NCBI GenBank assembly: GCA_035437965.1
Contig: DAOMZC010000001.1
Location: forward strand, 1-50,851
Reading direction: 5' to 3'
Source of the DNA: Pseudomonadota bacterium
GTDB lineage: Bacteria; Myxococcota_A; Polyangia; Palsa-1104; JAEUJZ01
Length of the DNA: 50,851 bases
Shown here piece by piece: positions 17,301-26,800 of this stretch. The number at the start of each line of letters is the position of its first letter. Within the stretch, counting starts at the first letter, position 1. Made by a program: the position numbers and the translations under genes. The notes under the pieces are model-generated. The model ran no database searches. It worked only from the letters and a program-made list of their open reading frames with translations, and had not been told where the DNA came from.

Positions 17301-18996
17301 CCTGCGTATCCGCCAGCAGGAACGAAAGCCGTGCTTGCGGATACTCCGGTTCCAGCGGTACGTAGGCGCCGCCCGCCTTGAGGATTGCCAGCATGCCGAC
17401 AATCATGTCCAGCGAGCGCTCGACGCACAGGCCGACGAGCGGTCCGCCCTCGCGTCCGGGATCGACTCCCAGCTGCTGCAGGTGGCGGGCAAGCCGGTTG
17501 GCGCGGCGGTTGAGCTCTGCATAGGTCAGCTGCTCGCTGCCGTAGCGGACGGCCATGGCGTCTGGGGAGCGCCGCACCTGCTGCTCGAACAGGGCGTGGA
17601 TCGTCTGCTCACGCGGGTAGGCCGCGGTGGTCGCGTTCCACTCGATAAGGAGCGCGTGCTGCTCGGCCGCGGTCACCATCTGCACGTCGCGCAGCCGCTG
17701 ACCGAGATCGCTGGCCAGGCTCTGCAGGAGGGTCTGATAGTGGGCCGCGAGCCGCGCGATGGTCTCGGCCGTGAAGCGCTGCGGATCGTAGCCCAGCTTG
17801 AAGGTCGACTTTTCCTCCAGGAGGATCAGGAGCTCCAGCGGCAAGCTTGTCTGATCGACGGCGCTGACCTGCACGCGCTCGGCCTGGCCACCCGGCGCGA
17901 CGGCGATGGGATAGTTCTCAAACACCGCGACGTTGTCGAACAGCCGGGTTCCCGCCGGGAGCTCGCTCCACTTCTGGATGTCCATGAGGGCCGCGTATCC
18001 GTAGCGCTCGCGGTCGACCTGCTGCTGTTGCAGCGCCTTCAGCCAGGCTGACAGCGCGGCGTCTTCGTCCACCTGGATGCGCAGCGGCAGCGTGTTGATA
18101 AACACGCCCACCATCTCTTCGACCCCCGCCAGGGTGGGCGGTCGGCCCGAGACGACGGTGCCAAACAGCACATCGGTCTCACCGCTGTAGCGGCTCAGCA
18201 GGAGTCCCCAGGCCCCCATGAAGAGGGTGTTGAGCGTAAGCTCGTGGGCGCGCGCGACCGTCCGCAGCTCGGCCAGCAGCGCAGGAGGAAAAAGGACGCT
18301 CTCCTCGGCGTGGAGCGGGGCCGCAGCCTCTCCATCCAGCGTGGGCAGAGAGGGAACGACAAGGGGAGTCGGCGCCGCAAACCCTTTGAGGTAACCTCGC
18401 CAGAACGCCTCTGCGCTCTTGCGGTCTTGCTTCTGCAGCCACGCAATATAGTCACCGAACGGGCGTGGGGTCGAGAGCCGCGGCGGCGCGCCCGTGCGGG
18501 CAGACTCGTACAGGGTAAATATCTCTTTGAACAGGTTGGCGAGACTCCAGCCGTCCGTAATCAGGTGATGGTAGGTCCAGATGAACTCATAGCTCTGCGC
18601 GGCCCGCCGCACCAGCGTTAGGCGCATGAGCGGAGCTTCGGTAAGTACGAAATCCTGCCGGCGCTCGCGGAGCAGCAGCGCGGTCAGCTGGGCGTCTTGC
18701 GCGGCGGGCGTCTGCTCACGCAGGTCGAGCTCCGTCCACTTCAGGGCAACCGTCTTGCGCACCACTTGCAGCGGCTGCGGTCGGCCTTCCCAGACAAACA
18801 GCGTGCGCAGGATCGGGTGGCGCTCCACGGCGAGCTCCCACGCCCGTTTGAAGCAGTCGACCTGCAGCGCCGGCAGGGTCATATTGAGCTGGTTTATATA
18901 GTCACCCGTGCCCGGGGCGGCGATCGCATGAAACAGCATCCCCTGCTGCATCGGCGCCAGGGGATATATTGCTTCAATATTTTTCTGCTGGCTCAT
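14338..18996 (-). CDS. NRPS module C-A-T-E (Ile/Val-like code)
   Basis: 1552 aa. C (YPLAPMQQGMLFH, HHLITDGWS; about 17692..18984). A (AYVIYTSGSSGQPKGV, VYGPTE, YRTGD, NGKVDR; about 16057..17619). T (FFELGGDSIISIQL; about 15802..16014). E (HHLAVDGVSWRIL; about 14407..15765). Hand-extracted specificity code DAFFLGVTFK. Confidence 0.92.
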   Translation of the reverse strand: MSQQKNIEAIYPLAPMQQGMLFHAIAAPGTGDYINQLNMTLPALQVDCFKRAWELAVERHPILRTLFVWEGRPQPLQVVRKTVALKWTELDLREQTPAAQDAQLTALLLRERRQDFVLTEAPLMRLTLVRRAAQSYEFIWTYHHLITDGWSLANLFKEIFTLYESARTGAPPRLSTPRPFGDYIAWLQKQDRKSAEAFWRGYLKGFAAPTPLVVPSLPTLDGEAAAPLHAEESVLFPPALLAELRTVARAHELTLNTLFMGAWGLLLSRYSGETDVLFGTVVSGRPPTLAGVEEMVGVFINTLPLRIQVDEDAALSAWLKALQQQQVDRERYGYAALMDIQKWSELPAGTRLFDNVAVFENYPIAVAPGGQAERVQVSAVDQTSLPLELLILLEEKSTFKLGYDPQRFTAETIARLAAHYQTLLQSLASDLGQRLRDVQMVTAAEQHALLIEWNATTAAYPREQTIHALFEQQVRRSPDAMAVRYGSEQLTYAELNRRANRLARHLQQLGVDPGREGGPLVGLCVERSLDMIVGMLAILKAGGAYVPLEPEYPQARLSFLLADTQAPIVLTQARWLDKLPAAAATYVALDRLEARLAAYGSDDLMGAALPTGRAYVIYTSGSSGQPKGVVVSHRAVNRLVKATDYVQLTATDRIAQAANAAFDAATFEIWGALLNGAQLWGLERDDILSPPQLVAKLRDQGITTLFLTTALFNQVVSLIPDAFSSLRYLLFGGEAVDPGAVRRVLRHGRPTHFLHVYGPTENTTFSTWHAITELSDAAKTVPIGRPIRNSQAYILDRLLRPVPIGVTGELYVAGDGLAEGYLHRPELTAKAFIDHPIAHCIAPAKTATRLYRTGDLARFCSTADGCGSSGVGIEFVRRADNQIKLRGFRVEPGEIEAVLSQHPQVREAAVIVNEDAGGKRLVAYVVQGPQCTETAPALRSILRSYVQQNLPDYMVPAAFVIEQALPLSPNGKVDRRALAARRIDHQHQPAEHFAAAQTAIERTLVGIWQDVLRVERVGIHDNFFELGGDSIISIQLVSRARKAGLHITAKQVFQKRTIAELALVVTADTGPTRPAQSLVTGEVALTPIQRWFFAQEPTNPHHFNQSTYLEVAADTSPAVLRQVLQKLLVHHDALRLRHTRTSAGWQQSHGAAPGEVSLAVSDLSELPAAEQDRAIAGQIAALQESLNIEDGPLLRAALFVLGAERPARLSITIHHLAVDGVSWRILLEDLQTAYGQLSRGEDIVLPAKTTSFQAWAHWLTQQGAALMEPQLAGWLARLPKVASALPQDQEAGANTVATALHVTRALSAELTRALLQEAPAAYHTQVNDLLLTALMQTVTEWTKEDSLLLSLESHGREELHSGIDLSRTVGWFTTLYPVYLTLAGADKDVGSAIKSIKEQLRQIPNNGIGYGILRYLSDSAALAQLPEPQLSFNYMGQFGEGHGADAGIIRGPAAGSCEPEVSPQNTRARLLDVSGIVIGGRLEIDFAYSASFHRQATLERLIDRYMDALTALIEHCCAPSAGGYTPSDFPESRLGQAALDQALAAIALENAS

Positions 18997-19021
18997 CGTG
19001 GCCTCTATAGATCCTTCCCTG

Positions 19022-22000
19022 CTACCCGAGCTCGGCGATCAGTGAATCGAGCTCGCTCTGACTCAGCGCGGCGTCGGGAAAGTCCGATGGCGTGAAGCCC
19101 CCGGTACCCGCTGTCAGGCAGTGCTGGCAGTGATCGATCAGCGCCACCAGGTTCTTCAGGTACTGATCGGCCAGCCGCTGGAGGGTCGCGCGCTCGAAGT
19201 GATCGGCGCGATAAATAAAGTCGAGCTGCAGCCGCTGCGAGAGGACGATTCCGTCTATATGAATCAGGTAGGGCGCCGCCGTCTGCGCGCTGTGCTGGGG
19301 GCCTATATCTTCAGTCGCTACTCCCTGCACGATGGCCGCTGACTGCACTTGCGTGGACTCTGCGGGTGAAAACTGGCCAAGATAGTTGAAGCCGATCGGA
19401 GCCTGCGGCATCCCCAGGAGCACAGAGTCCTTCTGCAGATAGCGCAGGATGCCGTAGCTTATACCGCGACTTGGAACCTGGCGGAGCTGCTCTTTGATCG
19501 CTTTGAGGTCGGCGCCCAGATTCGCGCCCGCGTCCTCACCAGCCAGCTCCAGTCGCAGCGGAAAGACGCTGGTGAACCAGCCCACGGTGCGCGATGGATC
19601 CAGGGTCTCGGCAAGCGCTTCGCGCCCGTGCCCCTCAAGCTCGATCAGGGAGTGGGTCGCGCCGGTCCAGTCGGACAGAGTCTTGGCCAGGGCGGTGAGC
19701 AGCAGGTCGTTGATCTGGGTGTTGTAGGCCGCCGGTGCCGCGTGCAGCAGCGCATCGGTCTTCTCTGCCGACAGCGCAACCGACAGCTGGGCGGTGGCCG
19801 GCGCGGCGCTCGGCTCGGGCGCATAGTCGGTCGGCAGCGGCGTGGCGGGGGTCTGCGCGAGCTTCTGCCAGTAAGGGAGATCCGCGGCTACCACTTGCGG
19901 CCCATGGTCCTTGAGCCACTGCGCCCAGGCCTTGAACGAAGTCGTCTTGGCGGGCAGCTGCACGCGCTGGCCCTGGGCCAGCTGCTGATACGCAGTCTCC
20001 AGATCATCGAGCAGAATGCGCCAGGAAACGCCATCGATGACAAGGTGATGCACCACGGTCAGCAGGCGGGCGGGCTGCCCGGAGCCCAGGGTGAAGTAGA
20101 CCATGCGGAGGAGCGCCTTGGACAGACTCAAGCTGGCCTGAAGCTCGCTCGCCCGGGTGGTGAGCGCGGCACGCTGCTCGGCCGGTGAGAGGTGGGAGAG
20201 ATCCACCACCGCAAGAGGCGCTGCCTCGTCGGCAGCGGGCTCCGCATGGTCCTGCTGCCAGCCCGCCGCGGTGAGAGAAAAGCGCAGGCGTAGTCCATCG
20301 TGATGGAGCAGCAGCTGGCCGAGCGCGGCGCGCAAGAGCTCGGGGTCCAGATCGCCGCGTACTACATGCAGCGCCGACATATTGAAGTGGTGGGGCGCCG
20401 GCGACGCTCCGGCGAAGAAGCGCTCCTGGATGGGCGTTAGCGGCACCGGCCCGCTGATCGGGCTCTGCTCCGCTTGGGCGCCGTCCCGCCAGGTAGCCGC
20501 GCGGGCCAGCCGGGCAATCGTCGGATGCTGAAAGACCTGCGGTATATGGAGGCCGGCGCGATGGGCCCGCGCCACCACTTGGATGCCCAGGATCGAGTCC
20601 CCCCCGAGCTTGAAGAAGTTATCGTGGATGCCGACCTGCTGCACCTTCAGCAGGTCTGACCAGATCTCGGCCAGAATCTTTTCAAACTCATTACTTGGCT
20701 GATTGCCGAGGTTCCCAAGAGCAGCTGAGGCTCCTGTCGCGGCCGCGTAATCGGGCGCGGGCAGCGCCTGGCGATCGAGCTTGCCGTTCGCATTCAAGGG
20801 CAGGACGGCCAGCGGCACTATCGCCGCAGGCACCATATAGTCCGGCAGCTTCTGGGAAAGCGCGGAGTGCAGCCCACCGAGATCGACACTCGTCTGCCGC
20901 GGCGTTACATAGGCTACGAGCCGCGGGGCACCCCCATCCGTACGCAGCACGACGACCCCCTCCCGCACCTCCGCGTGCTCACGCAGCACGGCTTCCACCT
21001 CACCCAGCTCGACGCGGAAGCCGCGGAGCTTCACCTGGTCATCCAGGCGGCCCAGATACTCGATATTGCCGTCCGCTAGGTAGCGCGCCCGATCGCCGGT
21101 TCGGTACGCTCTTTGGGGGGGGAGCCCGGCATCGCCGAAGCGCAGCTCGACAAATCGCTCGGCGGTGAGGTCCGGGCGGTTGAGATACCCGCGGGCGACC
21201 TGCGCGCCGCCCAGGTACAGCTCACCGGTCACTCCGACCGGCACGGGCTGGCGCTGCGCATCCAGGATGTACACCTGCGTGTCGGCGAGCGGGCGACCGA
21301 TGGGCGGGACCTCCGATTGCAGCTTGGCGTCCCCCGCCTCCAGCGGTCCCGCCAGGATCACGCCGACAGTGGTCTCGGTGGGTCCGTACTCATTGAAGAT
21401 GCGACAGCGCGGGACCAGCCGCTGGATCTTTTCGATCAGCTCCCAGCTCAGCGCCTCGCCGCCCAGGACCAGCCGCTGGCGCGGCAGGACCCGCTCGGGC
21501 CGGCTGGCCGAGAGCAGCGCCTCCAGGTGAGACGGCGTGATCTTCAGACAGTCATGGGAGTGCGCCAGGTCGGCCGCGAGCCGCTCCGGGTTTGTACACT
21601 GCGCAGAGGAAAGGATCAGCAGCGTTCCGCCCGTGCACAGGGTAGGGAAGATCGCGGTAATCCCCAGATCCGCCGCCAGGGTCGAGACCATCGCGAAGCG
21701 CGCCCGCGCCGGCAGCTCGATGGCCGCGCTGATGCGGCTGACATAGTGGAACAGCTGGCGGTGTTCGACAGCCACCCCTTTGGGCCGCCCCGTCGAGCCG
21801 GACGTATAGATGACGTAGGCCAGGCTCTGCGGCGGAGCGGCACCGGCGACCGGGTCACGGCTCTGCCTGGCGATTTCGGCGCGGTGCGTATCAAGACAGA
21901 CAACCTGGGCGCTGCTCGGCAGCCGCCCGAGCAGCGCGCTCTGCGTAACCAGGAGCGACACTTGCGCATCCGCGATCATGTACGCCAGGCGTTCCTGCGG

Positions 22001-23878
22001 CAGCGCTGGGTCGAGAGGCACGTAGGCGCCGCCCGCTTTGAGAATGCCGAGCAGACCGACCATCATGTCGGTCGAGCGCTCCATGCACAGCCCCACCAGG
22101 GCCTGCGGACCCAGCGGACTGCCGACGCCACGGGACTTCAGGTAGTGCGCCAGCCGATTGGCCTGCTGGTCGAGCTCCCTGTACGTCAGCTGCTGCGCTT
22201 CCCAGACCACGGCCACTGCATCAGGTGTACTCTGGGCCTGCCCTTCGATAAGCTCGTGAACCACTGCCGGGGTGAGCGGCGCTGCCTGGGCGCGGTTCCA
22301 GGTGACCAGCAGCTGCTCGCGCTCCGCCGAAGTCAGCATGGGCAAGGAGGCGATGCTCTGATCGGGGTCCGCAACCATACCCAGGAGCAGATTCTGATAA
22401 TGAACGGACAGGCGCTGGATCTGCGCCGCGTCAAACAGGTCGGTTCGGTACTCCCAGTAGGCCCGCAGCCCGCCGGGGTCCTCTTGGATCTGCAGGCTCA
22501 GATCCCACGGGGTGCTGTTGACGGGCAGCTCCAGCTGCTTGATCTGCAGGCCGCCCAGCTTCAAGACGGGCTGGGCGCCGACCGCCAGCGCGAAGTTTAC
22601 CTGGGCCAGCGGGGCGTGAGCGGGACTGCGCTCGCAGCGCAGCTCTTGCAGCAGCTTCTCGAAGGGCAGCTCTTGATGGGCGAAGGCCGCGATGGCGGTC
22701 TTTTGCACCTGGACAAGGATGTCGTGGAAAGACTGCTCTCCCGATAGCTTCGTACGTAGTATCAGCGTGTTGACGAAAAATCCGATCAGCGGCTCGATTT
22801 CCTGGCGCGTGCGTCCGGCAATCGGCGAGCCGACAAGGAGGTCCGTCTGACCCGTATAGCGGAATAGCAGCACGTTGAACGCCGCCAGCAGGGTCATGAA
22901 AAGGGTGCAGCCTGCCTGCCGGCTGAGCGCTTTGAGCGGACCCATAAGGCCAGGGTCCAGCTCGAACGTGGCTGCAGCACCGGCAAACTGCTGCACCGCA
23001 GGGCGCCGACGGCTCGTCGGTAGCGCGAGCAGGGTCGGCGCCTCTTGGAGCTGCCCGCGCCAATAGTTCAGGAGCTCGGCCAGTGCCGCGCCTTGCAGCT
23101 GCTGGCGCTGCCAGCGGGAAAAATCGCCGTACTGAATGGGCAGGGCCGAGAGCGGGCTCGGCGCCCCCTTGCTATATGCGCCGTACAGGGCGGTCAGCTC
23201 GCCAAAGAACAGGTGAATCGCCCAGCCGTCCACCGCGATGTGGTGGAACGTCATCAGCAAGATGTGCTCTTCGGGCGCAAGCTGGAACAGCTGGGCGCGC
23301 AGCAGGGGTCCTTGCGCCAGATCGAAGGGGCGCTGCGACTCTTCAGAAAGAAGGCGCTGAATTTCGGCAGGATGCTCTGCCGCGGCGAGCCCGCGCAAGT
23401 CGCGGAGCGCGACGGCGACCGGCTGCGGCGGCTGGATGACCTGGGCTGCATCGGCGCCGGTCGTGAACGTGGTGCGCAGGCTCTCGTGCCGGCGCACGAT
23501 CTCGGTCAGGCTCTGCGCCAGCGTGGTCCGGTCGAGCGGGCCGCTGAGGTGCCAGGCGGCCGGCAGGTTGTAGGTCGCGCTGGGTCCATGCAGCTTCTCA
23601 TGCAGCCACACCCGCTGCTGCGCAAAAGACAGCGGCAGCTCACCAGCGCGCGGAGTCGGCTGGATGGGCTCGTGCGTCGCCGCGCGCGCCGCGGCAGCAG
23701 CTTGGTCCGGGCGAGCCGGCAGGAGCGCCAGGAGCTCTGGCTTGTGCAGGCGCAGCCGCTCCTGCAGCGCGGGCGTCATCGCCCCGGGCGGCGCCTCGAA
23801 GCGCAGCCGGTCGCCGTCGCGCCAGAGCTTGACGCCGCGCTGCCGCAGCTCGGTGAGGAGGGCCGGGACCAGGCTCAC
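19022..23878 (-). CDS. NRPS module docking-C-A-T-E (Asn-like code)
   Basis: 1618 aa. The GTG start overlaps the upstream TGA (GTGA). C (LSFAQQRVW, HHIAVDGWA; about 22334..23641). A (AYVIYTSGSTGRPKGV, NEYGPTE, YRTGD, NGKLDR; about 20759..22261). T (FFKLGGDSILGIQV; about 20489..20695). E (HHLVIDGVSWRIL; about 19079..20461). Hand-extracted code DLTKVGEVGK. Confidence 0.92.
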   Translation of the reverse strand: MSLVPALLTELRQRGVKLWRDGDRLRFEAPPGAMTPALQERLRLHKPELLALLPARPDQAAAAARAATHEPIQPTPRAGELPLSFAQQRVWLHEKLHGPSATYNLPAAWHLSGPLDRTTLAQSLTEIVRRHESLRTTFTTGADAAQVIQPPQPVAVALRDLRGLAAAEHPAEIQRLLSEESQRPFDLAQGPLLRAQLFQLAPEEHILLMTFHHIAVDGWAIHLFFGELTALYGAYSKGAPSPLSALPIQYGDFSRWQRQQLQGAALAELLNYWRGQLQEAPTLLALPTSRRRPAVQQFAGAAATFELDPGLMGPLKALSRQAGCTLFMTLLAAFNVLLFRYTGQTDLLVGSPIAGRTRQEIEPLIGFFVNTLILRTKLSGEQSFHDILVQVQKTAIAAFAHQELPFEKLLQELRCERSPAHAPLAQVNFALAVGAQPVLKLGGLQIKQLELPVNSTPWDLSLQIQEDPGGLRAYWEYRTDLFDAAQIQRLSVHYQNLLLGMVADPDQSIASLPMLTSAEREQLLVTWNRAQAAPLTPAVVHELIEGQAQSTPDAVAVVWEAQQLTYRELDQQANRLAHYLKSRGVGSPLGPQALVGLCMERSTDMMVGLLGILKAGGAYVPLDPALPQERLAYMIADAQVSLLVTQSALLGRLPSSAQVVCLDTHRAEIARQSRDPVAGAAPPQSLAYVIYTSGSTGRPKGVAVEHRQLFHYVSRISAAIELPARARFAMVSTLAADLGITAIFPTLCTGGTLLILSSAQCTNPERLAADLAHSHDCLKITPSHLEALLSASRPERVLPRQRLVLGGEALSWELIEKIQRLVPRCRIFNEYGPTETTVGVILAGPLEAGDAKLQSEVPPIGRPLADTQVYILDAQRQPVPVGVTGELYLGGAQVARGYLNRPDLTAERFVELRFGDAGLPPQRAYRTGDRARYLADGNIEYLGRLDDQVKLRGFRVELGEVEAVLREHAEVREGVVVLRTDGGAPRLVAYVTPRQTSVDLGGLHSALSQKLPDYMVPAAIVPLAVLPLNANGKLDRQALPAPDYAAATGASAALGNLGNQPSNEFEKILAEIWSDLLKVQQVGIHDNFFKLGGDSILGIQVVARAHRAGLHIPQVFQHPTIARLARAATWRDGAQAEQSPISGPVPLTPIQERFFAGASPAPHHFNMSALHVVRGDLDPELLRAALGQLLLHHDGLRLRFSLTAAGWQQDHAEPAADEAAPLAVVDLSHLSPAEQRAALTTRASELQASLSLSKALLRMVYFTLGSGQPARLLTVVHHLVIDGVSWRILLDDLETAYQQLAQGQRVQLPAKTTSFKAWAQWLKDHGPQVVAADLPYWQKLAQTPATPLPTDYAPEPSAAPATAQLSVALSAEKTDALLHAAPAAYNTQINDLLLTALAKTLSDWTGATHSLIELEGHGREALAETLDPSRTVGWFTSVFPLRLELAGEDAGANLGADLKAIKEQLRQVPSRGISYGILRYLQKDSVLLGMPQAPIGFNYLGQFSPAESTQVQSAAIVQGVATEDIGPQHSAQTAAPYLIHIDGIVLSQRLQLDFIYRADHFERATLQRLADQYLKNLVALIDHCQHCLTAGTGGFTPSDFPDAALSQSELDSLIAELG
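23714..23878 (-). other. TubC-type N-terminal NRPS docking domain
   Basis: MSLVPALLTELRQRGVKLWRDGDRLRFEAPPGAMTPALQERLRLHKPELLALL matches the pattern I recall for the TubC docking domain (L..G..LW.DGD.LRF.AP.GALTPEL...L...K.E.L..L). The upstream protein ends in a short acidic tail (...AETSGEREVGEV). Confidence 0.6.
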
Positions 23879-26800
23879 ACTTCCCCCACTTCACGCTCGC
23901 CGCTCGTCTCGGCGGGGGCAAGCTGCTGCAGCGACTCGATGAGCTTGGCCTGCGCGGCGATGGTCTGCACCTGAAACAGATACTGCAGCGGCAGCTGCAC
24001 GGTGAAGAGCTGGCGGATGCGCGAGCCAATCTGGGTAAGGAGCAGCGAGTGACCGCCCAGATCGAAGAAGTTGGCATGAACGTCCACCTGCTGCAGGTGC
24101 AAGAGCTCACTCCAGATCTCAGCGAGCTTCACTTCGGTCGGCGAGCTCGGAGGCGTACCCGGGCTCTCGGCCGCGGCCAGCTCGGGCGGCGGTAAGCGGC
24201 GCCGGTCTACCTTGCCGCTGGGAGTCAGGGGAAACGCGTCCATGGCAATGAAGGCCGATGGGAGCATGAAATCCGGAAGGCGGGCGCGCAGGTAGGCGCG
24301 CAGCTCGCTCGCGTCGGCGCCGGGCGCGAGCACATAGTAGGCAGCGATGCGCTTGCCGGTGCCTTCGCCGTGCGCTGTGACCACCGCTTGGTGCACGTCC
24401 GGGTGGTTGGCCAGCAGGACCTCGATCTCACCGAGCTCGATGCGGAAGCCGCGGATCTTGATCTGATCATCGGCGCGACCCAGGAACTCGATGTTGCCGT
24501 CCGGCAGGTAGCGCGCCAGATCGCCGGTCTTGTAAAGCCGCTGCGGTCGCGCAAGACCCGCCACCTGCCACGTGGAAGCTGGGACTTCCAGGAATCGTTC
24601 CCGGGTCAGCTCGGGCTGGTTCAGATATCCGCGCGCGAGCTGGGCGCCGCCTATGTAAAGCTCACCCACGACCCCGATGGGAACCGGCTGCAGGCGGCCG
24701 TCCAGCAGATAGATCTGCGCGTTGGCAATCGGACGTCCGATGGGCGGCAGCATGGGCCAGGTCGCGGCAGCACCGGTCAGCTGATAGAGACTCGCCAAGT
24801 GGGTCTCTGTCGGGCCGTAGTGATTGCACAGCGTGCAAGTCGGTACGCGCGCCAAGAAGCTGCCCAGGGCCGCGGTGATGCGTAGCTGCTCACCGGCGGT
24901 GATGAGCTCGCGCAGCTGGGTGAGCGCCGGCTGGTCGGCGTCCACTTCCGCAAGCTGCTGCAGCGCGACGAACGGAGCGAACAGGCGCTCGATCGCGTGC
25001 TCACGCAGGAACTTGTGCAGGGCTTCCGCATCGCGGCGCGTCTCCTGCGCGATCAGGCACAGCGTTCCTCCGGAGGCCCAGGTGGAGAATATCTCCTGGG
25101 CCGAGACATCGAACCCGACCGGCGAGAACTGCAAGGTGCGCGCCGGCTGCTTCCAGGTAAAGTGCTGCAGCTGGAAGAACGTCAAGTTAGTCATCCCCGC
25201 ATGGGGCATGGCGACGCCCTTAGGCACCCCGGTGGAGCCGGACGTGTAGATCACGTACACCAGGTGCTGCGGCTGCACCACGCAGTCCGGATTTTCCGTC
25301 GGCAGCTCGGCCAGCGGGGCGCTATCCAGGCAGACGAGCTGCGCCGCGCCGCGCGGCACGTTGGCGAGCAGCGCGCTCTGGGTCAGCACCGCCAGGGGTC
25401 TGGCGTGGCACACCATCTGCTCCAGCCGGGCGGCGGGAAAGCTCGTATCGAGCGGCAGGTAGGCGCCGCCGGCCTTCAGGATGCCGGCGATGCTCACGAT
25501 CAGCTCGACCGACCGCTCCAGGTAGACGCCAACGATTACCTCGGGACCGACGCCCAGCGAGCGGAGGTGATGGGCCAGCTGGTTGGCGCGCGAATTCAGC
25601 TCGCGATACGTCAGCACAGAAGCCGCGCTGCCCGGGAACATCACCGCCGGCGCGTCTGGCGTCTTTTCTGCCTGCGCTTCAAGGAGCTGGTGAACCCGCC
25701 GATCCGGATAGGTCACCGCGGTCGCGTTCCACTGCCCAAGGAGCTCTTGCCGCTCGGCGGCGGACAGCAGCGCCAGCGACTCTGCCGGGGCGCCGGGGTC
25801 ATCGACCAGGTGGCGCAGCAGAGTCTGCAGGTGCCCGAGCCAGCGCTCGATGGTGGTCGCGTCGAAGAGCTCGCAGCTGTAGTCTACATCCCAGACCAGC
25901 TGCCCTTCCACATCGACCACGTTGGCAACCAGATCGTAAGGCGAGTAGCCGATGGGCTGCGAGAACAGCTCGACGGTCAGGCCATGCATCGCGGGCAGCG
26001 CAACCGGTGGGTCGAAGCTGAACACAGTAGTGATGAATCCTGCAGCGTTGTCGACCTTGCGCTCGAGCATCCCCTGTTCGCGCAGCCGGTTCAGGAGCCG
26101 GGCGTAGGGATAATCCGCGTGGCCAAACGCAGCGAGCACGGTGTGCTTGAGGGCGGCCAGGTACTCGGCACATGTCTGGTTTGGTGCCAGGCGGCTGCGC
26201 AGGGGATGAAAGTGGGTGCAGTAGCCCACCACGCCTTCGCTCCCTTCGTGCTGGCGGCCGCTGGTCGGCGAGCCGAGGAGCAGCTCCTCCTGGCCGGTCA
26301 AGCGGTGCAAGAGCAGGGTGAAGCCGGACAGGAGCGCCATGTACAGAGTACAGCCCTGGGCGCGGGCGAAGCTGCGCAGCTTCTGCGTCAGCTCCGCATC
26401 CAGGCGCAGGCTCTGCCTGCCGGCCTTGTAGCTCGCTGTGGGCGGGCGCGGGCGATCCGAAGGCAGGTGCACGGGCGGCGGAGCGTCCTTGAGCTGCTCC
26501 AGCCAGTAGCGCTCCTGCGCGGCAAGCGGCTCGCTCTCACGCTGGGCCAGCTGCCGCTCGACAAAGTCCCGATAGAGAGCGGGAGCGGGAAGCTCGGCGC
26601 GTACACCGCGGCAGGCCGCTGAGTAGAGCGCCGCCAGCTCGCCCGCCATCACACTCATCGACCAGCCATCGCCGACTATGTGGTGCACAGAGATGGTCAG
26701 AAGATGCCGCTCCGCTTGCAGCTTCAGCACATGGGCGCGGACAAGCGGTCCCTTTACCAGCTCAAACGGTCGCTGATTCTGCTCGGCAAACCAGCGGGCC